Source: Takakia lepidozioides (lineage: Eukaryota; Plantae; Bryophyta). Taken from it: 64,000 bases of DNA. Both the position numbers and the translations under genes were made by a program. The DNA lies in assembly GCA_030704615.1 (NCBI GenBank), contig CM060731.1, forward strand, positions 39,928,001-39,992,000, given 5' to 3'. Shown here in pieces: positions 1-13,595 of the stretch (the first letter of the stretch is position 1; every line of letters begins with the position of its first letter). The notes below the pieces were generated by a model. The model was not told where the DNA came from, did no database searches, and saw nothing but the letters and a program-made list of their open reading frames with translations.

Positions 1-2093
1 CTCGGACTCCACTCACGCCTTGTCTGATCCACCAGTTTCACAGGCCCTGCTGCATGCACTGCTCGCAAGCTGAGCCCCCCCACTCCTCTCCCCACCTTCA
101 CCGAAGTTGCCACCCTGGGGACACGGACACCCATCTGCCTACCAGATCCAGAGAACAGATATCCATATTCAAGGTCGCACTCTGGAAAGTTCACCCTCGA
201 GGCTCGTCTTGCCACATACATCGTAGACATTTGGACAGCCCCAAAATCGCAAACAGCTCTCTCTGCCCCACGCAACGCCATCTCACATTGCCTCACTCAA
301 ACCCCCATGCAAGCCAAGCATCCCAAGCAATCCGCAGGGAGCAAACAACAGAACAGCAAACAAGGATTGAGGCCTGCCATGCTCGTTGTGTGCATCTAAC
401 AGCACTTGAAATCCCAGCACCTTCTCCTGCCCTGTGTGCGTCTGCAGTTCTAGTTACCAAGGTTTCAAATGAGAAAGGATGATGCAACATCAAAATGTGG
501 CAACACGTCTCTTACGGATAGCATTGGATTGATCAAGGTTGAACACCCCATAAGTCCACCCCACTGATGCAGATTAGAGTCTCGGAGGATGGTCTTCAAA
601 AACTGAGTTTGATCACCGCACATAAGCTGTACTGAGAGGATGCTATGGATGATAACATTCTAGCATTGCAGGATTTGTATCCTTTCCTCAGCCCTCCACT
701 CTCATATGCATGATACACCATTGGAAATGGACAATATTCCACAACATAGAAAGCAAGATTAGAGGTTCAGTCACAGATCAGGTTTATTTCACTAGTACAA
801 TTGATAAGTTCATGACAAAGAGGATATCAGATTTACTGTTATATTGCTTCTGCACGGCACACCCCCATGGTCTTTTGAAAAGATCATTGCTTTTGCAACA
901 ATCAGTGCCTCTCCTTGGACAATCATGTCAGGTCATGCTCTAGACACTTTTCAGAAAAATCTCCTGGAAATGAATAAGAGAGGACGGTCTAAGCAGAACA
1001 GTTAGCTGAGTTCCACAAGCAAGGGTTTTCAGCATGCTTTACCATAGAATCACTCAGGTTTCCAATTTGTCAAAGTAGAAAGCTCCAGTCCAAGCTTGCA
1101 CAACTCACCTCTTCAAATACTTAGCAGTGTTTCTTCAATAATACTCTACTCATATGGCCAAGCCAATGCACAATCACCCTTTAAATGCTGTCCATCATAA
1201 TTGGAAATGACCAACTCAGTTCTGAAAGTGTGCCCGCGGTGCCACACTATGCCCACCAGCTATCCTACACAGCCTGCAAGCTAGAAATAGATAAAGGTTA
1301 TTGTAGTTAATCATGACTAAACCAGTGACAGCCCACTGAGGGGGGTTCACCATCATCTCAAGCCACAAGGCCTTGACCTCCAACCACATTGTGATCCCCT
1401 CACTCACTCACATCCTCCAATGTTGGGCATAGCTAGCTGCATTTGAAATCCAAAGGACAGTCACATTTGTTGGATAGAATCCACCATTGGTATGCTTGTC
1501 TCTCGTTGCTTACAATTACAACCCACCTTAGCAAGTGGTGATCTAGTAAGGAGACTAACTTGAATCAATACTTTTCACAATACAAGTTCTCACAAACAGC
1601 GGAGCTAATCACAAGTTTGTTGAAGAGCTCTACAGCATAAGCTTGCATCCTCAGCTAGCAGCTCCATATTCATATGCCTACATCAGTGTTTTGGCGACAG
1701 TTGCTGTGTCGAATTGCCAAGAGCGAATAACCTTAGTGCTTGCACGTTGTGGCATCAAGCACAGCACATACTGTGCCAACATTCAAACCTAGATCCTCCA
1801 AGCCTGGTTAAACTTTGCTTTGCCAACGATGAAGATTGATGGAGCATACCAACCAACAAACTAGGACAGCCAGGCCTGCTTCAGGCGCTCTGAAAGAGAC
1901 ATAGCTATTCTCAAGTTTCCAAAGATGCCCCAGGATTGGAAGTGCAGTGCACCACAGCACCTATGGAAGCCCACAGCATACAGCATGAACCACTTTTGAG
2001 TTTCCATTATAATCAATTTGATCCCATCATATCCATATCAAGCATAAATCTCACAAAAATTGCATTTCCATTATTAGCCAACATGCACAGCCA

Positions 2094-2278
2094 AAAATAA
2101 TTCTGGGTTTAATCCGGTGTTGGAAGGGTATACAATAAGGCAGGCTATAACAGACAATTCTTACTGAGCACCATGCAAAAATCCAAAAATAATTCTGGGT
2201 TTAAACCGGTGTTGGAAGGGTATACAATAAGGCAGGCTATAACAGACAATTCTTACTGAGCACCATGCAAAAATCCAA
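2094..2278. repeat. Tandem duplication, about 92 bp x2, containing a hAT-like end (CGGTGTTGGAAGGGTAT)
   Basis: The unit aaaataattctgggtttaa...gagcaccatgcaaaaatcc occurs twice back to back. A related right end (...cccaaacactg) lies at about 2634. Confidence 0.85.
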
Positions 2279-2639
2279 GACCGTGAGATGTACAGGAGAA
2301 AGCACATTTGGGATAGAAAAAACTCATTGCAAGGAAGATTTTTTCTTCTCACTATAATTAAGGGGGTGGATTTGTGAGCCTGGGTGCTTTCTTTTCAAGT
2401 AAAAACTAAATATTATGATATATCATGATACTGACAAACCACTGGAGGTTATACGCTCGACCACCGTACCCATAACCGCCATTATGAAAATTCTGACTTT
2501 ATTGGTAACCGGTGAGTAAATCACCTTCAAGAATATTTTACTACAAGGAACCAGTGGGTATATCTGGTACCAAAATAAATAAATACCTGGACCCGGAGGG
2601 TATTTAAAAAAAAGTGATACCACCCAAACACTGGATTTA

Positions 2640-5600
2640 ACGGCTAAAGAGTTGGCAGGAATATGCCATGTAGTTTACCTGCCTTAAAGAAGGCCGCCTT
2701 TAACCAAAATAAAAGCTCATCGCAAAACTGGTAGGGTTGAAGCCTGCCAGGACCGCTGAGATACCCCCGCCCCAACCCCATCCTACCCAGTCAGCTTTTA
2801 CCACCTTCCGCTGCAATTATTTATCAAGCATCGCAACCTACAACCTGGTGGACTACCAAGTTAGATGGTCAGCTATCTTTACCTCGGCCAACTTTTGCAG
2901 TGTCTTGCCCAACGGCAATACCATCTTCTTAAGGTCAAACCACACATCTGAACTTGACCTCCTCAATGCTACACTTGAACATAAATTTCCTAGCCTTAAA
3001 CAGTTTCCAACGTCACGTTGGGGTTTTCTATTGAGTCTGCACTCCTCTTCGAAATATTAGCTGGACCGCTCCTGAGCTTCTTTAAACAGGGCACAAATAA
3101 TGGAAAAAGACCATTCCATAGTCCACGACCTGTGTTTTGACAACTTCTCATACCTGACCCGACAAAACTTCCTGCAAGGCTAACTGGAATGAACTCATGA
3201 TTCAGTTTCTTGACCAAGCAACTCGACAAAATTCCTTGGTTCAGAGGCTCCCATCCAGCAACCATTTTGAACCTAGGTGCTAGCAGGCACTGCTGTCCAT
3301 CGAGTATAAGATAGTTCAGATTGAGGAAGAACCTAAGCAAGAACTGGTTAGAAGCTGCAAGATGACATAACTGCCCACAGTGCAAGAGGTTGGTGAGGAG
3401 CTCCAAGTACTTACAAAATGGAAATAGAACCACCAGCAATCCAATAGGATAAAGAAAGAAAGTTGTCCTTTCCAGAAACGGCAGCACTGCAACCACATTC
3501 CAATCATGTCCGAACTAATGTTAGTCACCTTATCTGACAATGCGAAGTGAAGGATACACACAATAGTGAGAAATCTATCTACAATAGACTGTTTTGGCTT
3601 GCTAAAAGGCTACACGTAAGGCACCAGGATTATGTTTTCCAAAATTCTCAAAACTCCACACAGCTAGTTTCACTATTGAGTTTCTACCAGATGTTCCTTC
3701 CAATGCAAGTTACAACCTAAATGATGAACTTAAGGGACAGGAACTGGCCAAGTTGCGCACCATCATAGCCAAGAAAGTTGACATAGTGGTAGTACGAAAG
3801 GGCCACAACATAGAGTATGTTCGACAACAATGTTGGCACAAACCCATGTGCAAGGAGGAGGGGAGAGAGGAAGTACTGCAGCACTGCATCACACAACACA
3901 AGTTCTCGGATCATAACAATCTGTTGTTATGGTCGCAGACATCTTTTTAACCAGTTGTGAAACACATTAGCTACTAACCACCTTCACGGACCCTACTCAA
4001 CAAAACAAGTCTTTAACTACTGTGCCCAAACTGATGGCTCTAAGAAGCTCTCTATCCACCGCATTCTAGAACTGTGCTGATCTCCTTCGTAAGCACAAGA
4101 CAAGAAAAAGTGAGGGGGTACCATAAAGCACAACAAAAAGTGGGAAGTAGGAATTGCAGTGAACATCAAATGCATAAAGCCTGTCCAGCCCACAAAATAC
4201 ACACCCAACCACAACCTTCTCATTCAGAAGATTCCTCAGTGAGCACAAGACAGATGAAGCAGAAAATATTTTTAATTTCTCTCATCCCTTTGTCTAACAT
4301 TCCCATGCCTATTGCAAGCATGGTAAACTGAGAACCGCCTCTGTCTCTGGTAACAAGCTTTCAGCATGGCCTCTTCTTTTTCCCTCTCTCCTAACCACCC
4401 CTTGCCCCACCCCCCACCCCCTTTTCCATCACACTAATGCTTTCCAACTGCATATAGCCACAAGGTAACAGGCAACACAGTTTCTCTCATTGTCACACAC
4501 AAACACAGAGCTATATAAGCAGGGATGAAACAACCAACCATTCAACCCGTTGCTCAACAACATGTGTATGAACTGCCACTTCTTCCCGAAGATAATGATT
4601 GGACAAAAACCTGGAAAAGCGTAATAATACTTCAGACCACTTGTTATTTGTAGAAACTACCATCTGGCCTGTTCTCTCTCAAAATATACTACACCTTGTA
4701 AATCCTTATGCCCAATGTTAACACTTTATTAAGCACAATTCGAAACAGCTGAGTCCAAAATTCCTTCTCACATTCTGACTTGCAAGGTTGTACAACTTCG
4801 AGCTAGCAGGCAGTCTGGGATTTCTGCAAGATCTTCGTAGTTGGTCATTTTAGATAGAAGGGGTTCGGCGGGAGTAGAAGGTAATGGCAGGATATGCAAA
4901 TACATGCTGTCAAATCTTTTCCCCAATCTTTCGTCCATCCAAAAGGCTTGCACAATGAATCACAGCAACTTTTGGGGATTTGAAGCAGAGGTGGATGCAA
5001 ATACAACAAGGCAAGAGAGCCCTACCAAAAGATGGTAGCCAAGGAGGTGCCAATCAGCAGAAAATGTACACACACCACTGAAGCTACTATGAAGCTTGCC
5101 TGTGCCACATTCTTACCGTACCTGTAAAGGATGCACCACATCATAATTTGAGTACAGAAGCACGAGTAACAAAAGGAATACCCACAACATTGCCACGATA
5201 TGATGAAGCTATATCAATGAACTTTGTAGCTCCTATCATCTGGCAACTGCCGACTATGGACGGAGTAAGTGATCAAGGATACCTACGAGGGAGAGAGAAA
5301 GGGACTACGAAGGGGAAGGAGAACCCACCCTGCACAGAAGGCAGAAGCTGCCATTGTCAACAAGAAGCTGCAAATGACCACAAATGCCGGATCATCTCGA
5401 GCCCACTGATTTTTCGTCTCTGCATATCAAATTCTGACAACTTTTTAAAGTTGCCCAATCCTTTCACTCGTTACTTCAGTAGAACAATGTATGGCCATAA
5501 ACACGACCATACATGAAGTCCTTTGACACTTGCTCATGATCCAGGCTGCATCACACTACTTCTAGTTACAAGTATGTGCATTGGTCCACCAGAATAAAAC

Positions 5601-7700
5601 CTCTTTGGTAACTGCACGAACTCCCAGCCTGTGTTCTCTACATTTGGTAGGCTTAAGGAACAATGAGACACACAAAGGAATGGTTTGTGGAATCCACGCA
5701 AAGCAAGGCCAAAAGTTCATAGTTTACTTATAAGGATGTCAATTTTACATTAGTAAGGCTGCATTATTCAAGCTTACTCAACACGATGATCAATCATGAT
5801 CTCTGTACAACACCAAAGATTTGGTGCTAACTCAGATTTTCATGTAGGGAGTCAGGTAAGGAAATCTTTGATCTCCACAAGAGGCCAAGCCCTATGGACG
5901 ACACAGTAGAAAACACTCACATCAGAACAGCTATCAAACCCAAACATTGCTTGGAGACAAAGTGCCGTCCTCAGCTAAGCTGCTTGTAGGTCCTGAGAAA
6001 GGGATATTGCTGGTCCAGGTCCAGCATAAAGAGAGGAGGAAATGATGTACTCTTAGCCTTGTGGCCATAACACCTTCGACCTGATTATTTCAAGCACAAA
6101 GGGGGTGAAAGGGAGAGACAAGAGACAGGACAGGGAGAGGTGACTCACGCTTGTGGTACTTGGTATGTTGATAGCTGCAATCAATGAAGAGTAGTGAATG
6201 TTCGCAGTTCATACATGTCACCACAATCAGCAGGGAATGGCAATGTCAATGCCAGGCCCATAAGCCCAGAAAACAGCCATTAATTTTCTTCGTTTGTGTC
6301 TCTCGGGTGAGAGGGCTATGTACCTGCTTTGAATTCAAAATGTGCAGGTTGGAGCCAAGAGCTCTAGTGGCCTCCTTATAGGTCACCTTCATAGAGGCAG
6401 CCTTGACCTCAAACCAACATTGTTAGCAAACACTAACCCTGAGCTCTTCTCTTCTCTTCTCTCATCAGTTATATGGACCAATACAAGTGAAGCCGTCTTC
6501 CTAATTCCTTCCTTGCAGTGCGCAAGACTCTAATCATTACTTACCTTACTGGTGTAATACTTTCACAAAAGGATGCAAATTTTGTTAAGGAAGAAGCTCT
6601 TGAGAGAAAACACATTGTCTTTTCCGAAGACTTCTCTTCTGTCTCTTTAGCGCCCTCATAACTGCCTTCCTAGCTACCAAACATCCTATACCTACAACAG
6701 TTGTATGACCTACTGTGGTTTACATTTTAGGTGGATGCAGAAGAACGTAGTGCTCTAGAAAAGCTTGGACATGTATTGCGCTTCAATAAACTTTCTCTCA
6801 CTTTTTTCACAGGTGGCAGTAAACATTGTGGAGAATTGCGCTAATTAGAGCAGAATCCTGTTGTAATGCAGAGAAGAGCAGCGATCAGAACGTACACAAC
6901 TTTGGGTGAGGTGCAGAGATGAAGCATTTGCCAGAATGTATACTCCATATCCATTTGTTGGTACTGAAAAGATACCCATGGCTTTTGTTAGCTCACAAGG
7001 CTCAAGATGGAATGGCCTTGCCCTCCAATTCTCACCACAAACTTCTCAAGATACAGAACCTCATCATGATCTCTCTATCTCTCTCTAATGGGAATGGGGT
7101 AATGAAGACATCCCTGTACTACTCATATCTTGGTATTGAGTTTACCTCCAGCTGTAACTGGGATGCGCATACACAAAAAGTAGTTCAATCAGCTAAACAC
7201 AAAGTCTTGGGTCTCACTAACTTTTCCACCGCAGAGGGATTAATACTAAAGCTTTACATCGTTATTAGATCTTGAGGCTGAGCCTAAAGCCTTGGCCCTG
7301 TTGAGGTCCACTTGCTGGGGAGCTCACACACAGTGGATTGATACTTGTGTGAAGGGCTTTCTAGAGGCATCTGTAAAGACTGAACACTCACATATGATGA
7401 AATGGATCCGCAAAGGTGTTTCTTGAAAATCCAAATGCTGACAGTGTCAGAATGTGTCATCTGACACAATCATCTCTAGTTTTTGTCTCTTCCATTCGTT
7501 CAGAAGCTCATCGCCCAAGTACCAAAATGTAGAAAGGCTACACAGCTGTCCCTCTCCAGACTGGGTGCTGAAATTTACTAAACCTAGTTTTCTATGCAAT
7601 TTCCTTTCCAGAGGATTCTTCTGTGTCTGTCACACAAGGATACAACATGAAGGAGATCACCAACCTCCTTACCTACAGCTTATGTGACGTTCAACTTATG
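2640..7700 (+). mobile_element. Heavily degraded non-LTR (LINE) retrotransposon remnant
   Basis: Scattered frame-broken motifs: APE-endonuclease-like TSDHLLFV near 4629-4655 and RT C-terminal-like YSYLGIEFTSSCNWDAHTQKVVQSAKHKV at about 7117-7205. Boundaries are approximate, and 1-2050 may be similar debris. Confidence 0.4.
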
Positions 7701-8455
7701 GCAGGAAGCAACTATTGCGACCCTAGCCTAGAATGCCCACGTGCAAGAGCATCGACGTTGCAAGAGCCACTTCTCCAGCATCTCACCTAAATGATGCGGA
7801 CGTGGCCCCCAGCTCGAACCGTGCAGCTATGCTGGCGATCGACGCTGTCTTTCAGCACCCTAATACAGCCCATTCAACGGACTTCCAACCAGACATCCCG
7901 CTTCCTAAGCTGATGTTATGCTCAAATGCAGCAGTTTATACAGCTGATGATCTCGTTTGACACATCACACTGAACCTAAATTCAACCAGGGCGAAGAACA
8001 AGCTTCAGAAATCTGCTACCTCTTAACCGGACCAAGGATCCCTCTCTCCATCTCCCCTTTTTTTAGCAACTGAATCGCAGAGAGAGGTAAAGGATAAAAC
8101 CTTGACAATCCGCCTCAAATATTGAGGAAGAAAGGAATTGTTGCGGTAGCCCGAAGAAGACCGACCCCTGGTCACTGTGGGCAACATTGTGGTGACTATT
8201 GTTTCCAAATCTCCGCCCTAATTCATATACACAAAAATGCCCCTTACTTAGGGCTCAGGCTGGCCCCTCACCATGGACAAACAACAGATCGGGGCACTAT
8301 TCAAGCCAGCACCAGCAAGCATCAAACATCAAACCCTTCTTCCGCATCGATTCTGCAACGCTCCCTGTTGGTCGTAGCCATCTCTTGTCAATGCAGCGGA
8401 ATCTCTCGTGCTCGGCCTGCAGATTCTCGACTCGACGTCAGCCACGGAAGGTGAG

Positions 8456-8599
8456 CCAGAGAACAGAAGCCTAGGGTTTTTCAAACCTTCGTGGATGGAT
8501 GATCTGTTTTATTCATCGTCTTCTTTCCCAGAGAACGGAAGCCTAGGGTTTTTCAAACATTCGTGGATGGATGATCTTTTCTATTCATCGTCTTCTTTC
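8456..8599. repeat. Tandem duplication, 72 bp x2
   Basis: ccagagaac(a/g)gaagcctagggtttttcaaac...ttcatcgtcttctttc is repeated twice (also visible as the duplicated peptide SLGFFKxSWMDDLFYSSSSFP). Confidence 0.9.
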
Positions 8600-10367
8600 C
8601 CTTCTAGCCTTGGTGGGTATGTAGATGCTGGCAAACATTGCTTCACTGTATCATCGTTCTCTCTAGGCTTGGAGTTAGCTGAAGAGACTACAGACACTGA
8701 TTCAAGGATGCATTGTTAAGCTGAGCTCGGAGGGCATGGATGCAGCTGACAGCCTTTTGGGACGTTTCTGCATGTTTCAAGCACTTCGAACTTGTTGTGG
8801 CAGTCATTGCAGCCTCTGCACAAGTACTTCTAGGTCCGTGTATAAAGAATGGGTAACTGTTGCCTCTTGATGGCTCGGAAAATTCTCCAGAGACGGTTTG
8901 GGATAACATGTGATGTGTGATTTTGGTCCCCAGCATAAAATGGATGAAAGGGGATACTACTCAATGCTGTTACTTGGAGGCAACCTCCTCATGCTTGCCT
9001 CGAATGAATTGGTCAGCGTTTTTTCTTGTGTTCTTTCACACATGAAATGGCATGGATGTGCTCGTAGACGAAACTCTTGCTTATTGTAGCGCTTTACAGG
9101 TATATAAATAACGTCGTCCATGCAAGTTTGTTTATGAGTTTTGTGACTGTATCACTCGTCCACTTGCTACCCCTAGTCCCACATTCTTATTGACTGTCCT
9201 TGTTCCACCATTCTCTATCTAATTATTATATGGACTTGGGTATCGACTCTACTTGCCATGCTTGTTAACTTTTGCAGCGGCACCAGAAAACTGGACCCCA
9301 AGTGTCTGTAGATATTGAGTCAGGTGAAGAGGCCATGCTGGACCCAACATCAGGCAGAAGATCCTGAGGTTACCAAGTATGGTAGCACGAAGTTGCTATT
9401 CCAAGCCCTTTATCACATGGGTCTTGTTATTGTGGGGAGTATTAGTGGTGAAACAAGCAACTTGCATGAATGCAATCACTGGCTATTTTAGGGGGTAAAA
9501 GAGGGCTGTGAATCTCGGCCTGGGAGCCCCTGGAATAGCCATTCCCTTACATTAGAGGCAGATATTTATATTCTACATGCACATTTAAGAGTCAGTAATG
9601 AGCTTGTAAAAAGTGCACAGTAATTACAGACCATTCCAGAATTTAATCGACCTCCAAACACTAAAGGAATTGAGCCCAATCTGACTTAACGTAGTTTCGT
9701 TCATGAGTAGACCCAAGCAAGGCTTGAAGGCCTTTCGAGCCTATTATCCAACCTTGGGCAGGTTATGATGTATGGCAGCACCAAGTTGCTATTCTGAGCT
9801 CTTCACGCATGGGTTGTGATCTTGTGCTTACAAAGATTGAACAAAGCAGTCCCAACAAGGTGAATGGTTGTGTGCTCAGAGATTGCATGGGAATGTATGA
9901 CCACATCCTGCATTGGCATCAAAATGGTAGGCACAGAGAAATGGTGTCATCTCATTTCTCTGGTCTTCCCTCACCTCTCCACCTCAATGATCCAATGCTT
10001 GGCAAATTTTGCTTCACAATGGTAGGGAGAGCCGACAAAGGGTCAAAAGCAAGGTTGTGATGAACACTTGGCTGCTACCAGCCAGTAGCTTCAAATTCCA
10101 AAAGACCGCAGGATCCATAGGCGATGCTTTCACAGTTTGTCAGTTTACATTCGTACTGAAAATTAAAATCAACTGGAGTGGGGAACAAGAAGCAAATTCA
10201 ACATGTGAGAGATCTCAGACCTACAACCATTGGCCGTAACACATACAACAGGTCACAATTCTTGGTTGGATTGTAAGGAAGGAGGGAGAGAGAAACTTAC
10301 TAAGAGTGCCTGAGCTTTCCTATGGTGCCCTTGAGGACTGGGAAAATGACCTGTGGGGGTTTTTATG

Positions 10368-10553
10368 CACTTGAGCAGGTAGCCCAGTGGTTGGGTATTT
10401 GTGCCTTGCCGGTGCATATCCTAGGTGATCCTGGGTTCAATCCTTCAACATGTGCCTTCAGACCGTCCATTGGGCCCTCGCTGGCCTGTGTGTTGAGCAG
10501 TAGGCCCTGTAAATTCACTGGACGTTAAAGAATCTTTATCTTTTTATCTTTAT
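10368..10553 (+). mobile_element. tRNA-derived SINE, copy 1
   Basis: Pol III A box TAGCCCAGTGG, B box GGTTCAATCC, 3' end ...cactggacgttaaa plus a (tttatc)n tail, possible TSD tttatg. A near-identical copy is at 40255-40435. Confidence 0.8.
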
Positions 10554-10568
10554 GTTTCAGGATCTTAA

Positions 10569-10970
10569 CCCTCAAGTGCCCAGACTCATTTTCACCCTCT
10601 CGCGGAAAAACATGACCTTGGCCCACAAAAACATTTTTATCTCTGTGTCCCTGTAAAACTGACCGTTGGAATTACTTCCCACCTACCCAACCTCTTTGCC
10701 ACAAAAAGTTTCATCAAATTCCAACTGCCAGATCGGAAGATTATAAAGTGTAGAGTGGAGACAAAAAAAACTCTTCACTAAGAAATAGGTGCCAAAAAAA
10801 GCAGTTTTTTTGCTCGTATTTGGACAGTTTTAGTTTCTCTTTTTTTGAGAGTCTCAAGAATGTTGTTCCATACCTGATAACACACATCCTCATAAATTTT
10901 CAGTTTTTTCTGAAATGTTATAAATGCAAATTCAAAGTGACCCGATTCAGGTCGCTTGGGAACTTAAGGG
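10569..10970. mobile_element. piggyBac-like non-autonomous element (MITE), 402 bp
   Basis: TTAA on both sides (10565-10568, 10971-10974). TIRs ccctcaagtgccca / tgggaacttaaggg. Subterminal palindrome gtgacccga..caggtcgc at the right end. Confidence 0.75.
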
Positions 10971-11399
10971 TTAACAAAGCCTGAACTTATCAAGGCATTG
11001 CGCACTATTGAACGTTCAATCAAAGGGCAGTGCTTCACAGAATGACAGAGGGCATGAGTTTATTGATACTGTAATCCCATATTGCTTTCATTGCACTTCC
11101 AGAGCAGCAATGATAAATCACAAAAAAGTTCATACGCCTGTCAACCCGGACAAGAGCCATACTCTCTTCAAAGAAAGAAAAGTGCATAGAAACATATGGC
11201 TTCGAAGCAAGAAGCCAAACTCACAGCTACATACTTTGCTCCCGCGTGCATAAGCTTTGGAACGAGGTTGATTTATGTATCCGCATAGTTCTATAAAAGA
11301 CCCAAGTGGGGTGACTATACAAATGGGTAAAACTGTCCCCAAGAAGAGAAACAAAAACTCATATAGCTAGATATGTTAAGAAAAAAAAAATCACAGTAT

Positions 11400-11560
11400 C
11401 ACCTTCTACCTGAAGAAGGTTAGATAACAGGAAAGAGGATGGGTCAGACAGTGCCGGGAGGCGAGATGAAGTCGCCCCGGCAACCTCTGCCCAACATAAA
11501 ATAGATAGAGCTTGAGCCTTTTGTAAAGCAACAGAAACTTGTTGTCTAAAGAAGGCTACA
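11400..11560 (-). mobile_element. 3' coding end of an RLE-type (CRE/NeSL-like) non-LTR retrotransposon
   Basis: The peptide FFRQQVSVALQKAQALSILCWAEVAGATSSRL resembles the C-terminal helix (F.RQRxSxALQRxQAxxIL) of RLE-encoding retrotransposon proteins. Judged by eye only. Confidence 0.4.
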
Positions 11561-12341
11561 AGAACAAAGATGTTTGGGTTTCCAACGTTTTTTGTTTTCT
11601 GCTGCGCGATGGGCACATGTGCGAAGGAAGTTATTGAACTGATGATGCAAACAACCGAAACTCTATTGGTTTGAGAAGTGCATGTCACTAAGCATTCTTA
11701 CTCCCAACCACATTATAAAACATACATAATTGACCACCACGACTTGCCAAACAAAACATACAATGAAATGAAATTTATTTTTATTGGATACTCTGGCAAG
11801 CAAACATCACAAAGTCATATCAACATCTATATTCATTATGTATTTTTCTTAATCATCTGCATCTCAAGAGCTGTTTGTAGATCAAACATTGTATGCTCTG
11901 TAAGTTGCTGAAATTGCTCGATGTCAAAATCGTCTTTTTCTGTCTCTCTTCATTTTACCTCGTTCATAGTATATTCAGCAATGAAAGCAAGAGATTGAAC
12001 GCACAAATGTGACGTTGTTTGTTGTAGCTTGAATGGTACCTTGAATCTAACGTGGTAACAGATTGAAGGTGGAGTGAGTACCAATATAATAACATCTCAC
12101 TTCATATCAGAGAGCCATATTGAGATTTTTTTGGATGATGATCATCATTTGGCTTCAAATTTTCATTAATATGTGCCACATAGGAACAGCAATGATGATG
12201 ATGCTGATTATCGTAAAGATTTTCAATTGATGAGGAAGGTCCTCCACCTCATCCATATTGATGATCATTTCCCATCTTGGGCTACTTCATGTTGTGTATT
12301 GTAGAATATGACAATTCAAATCAATTGTAAGCGTATGTTAA

Positions 12342-13188
12342 CCCCTAAAGGACAAGCCTGTTTTTGGTGGGCCCATTGCAAAACGGAACATGCCCTCATG
12401 TTTGAGGGCATATCTGACATTTGACAAACATCCAGGGGGATGAACCGTATGAAAGTAATCCTACCTACTTCAGGAACCTACTGTAAAAATTTCAGTTGAT
12501 TTCACCGTGTATTACGAAGATTATAACAAAAATGCAAGCTGAAAATGTTTATTGTGCTCTAGTTTTGGAGTGAAAAATGGTTTGACCAAGCAATTGGCCT
12601 GGCAAAATGAATTTTCATTGATAGAGCATACCCAAATTATAATTGCCTGGCATGTAGAGCACCTTGGGCCAATTCCAGAACCAAATTCCAAAAACACATG
12701 AGGGTTGCTTTGTATGGGAAAATAGGTGGGTCAAAAAGACCATCCACTACAATTGACCCCAAATCTGCCTCAAATGTGTCCAAATTTTCATCACAAGGTG
12801 AATTCCTCTGGTCATATTGTTCCTTGCGTGGAAACTCACTACCACATAAAATTTGGAAGCATTCTAACCTATCTACATGCATAGATGAATTTTCTAACCT
12901 ATCTACATGCAAAAGGAATTTCCATTGGTACAGCCGCCCATATCCTGCATCGTCATTAGGTCAAAGCTGCTAGAGAGCCCTGAATTTGATACCCTTGCAC
13001 ACTAAAAATTTTTACCGACGGCTGTGCTTTTATTATTTTAGGGTGCCATAAAGACAGGCAGGTGCATGACGTCACGGCGCACAACTTTCATTCAGAAAGT
13101 TTTTTCATCCGAGATCATCCAACGATTTGCTATAGTGGCAAATCGATTTCTGACGTGACCCGAAACGGGTCGCGTCGTCCATTAGGGG
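12342..13188. mobile_element. piggyBac-like non-autonomous element (MITE), 847 bp
   Basis: TTAA on both sides (12338-12341, 13189-13192). TIRs cccctaaaggac / gtccattagggg. Subterminal palindrome gtgacccgaaacgggtcgc at the right end, as in the 10569 element. Confidence 0.8.
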
Positions 13189-13595
13189 TTAATCCATTTC
13201 AACTTTAAAGAAATGCATACATGACGGTTTCAAACACCAATGTGCTTTTAGTTGTCCCAAGGCAATGAGGACTTCGTACAAAAAGGGTTTATAGGTAGTG
13301 GTACTGATTCTTAAAATTGGCAAACCCAATTAATTCAAGACATGTGTAGATAGAATATTCCCTCTGTATGTATAGATTGAATATGCAAACATGATGTGGT
13401 TCATAAAGTGGAGTGGTGCATGTTTTGAGTTTTGACACTTGAGACATGTGCATAACTTAGAGACACATTGCTGGTACAAGTTTTTGGTTTCATCCAACAG
13501 GAGACTTTCTATATAAATGTGCCACCTCCATTAGTGCACTGGAATTCGGGGTTTTCTCACAAGTATTCTTGTATTCATGCCGTAATGGTTTTTAG

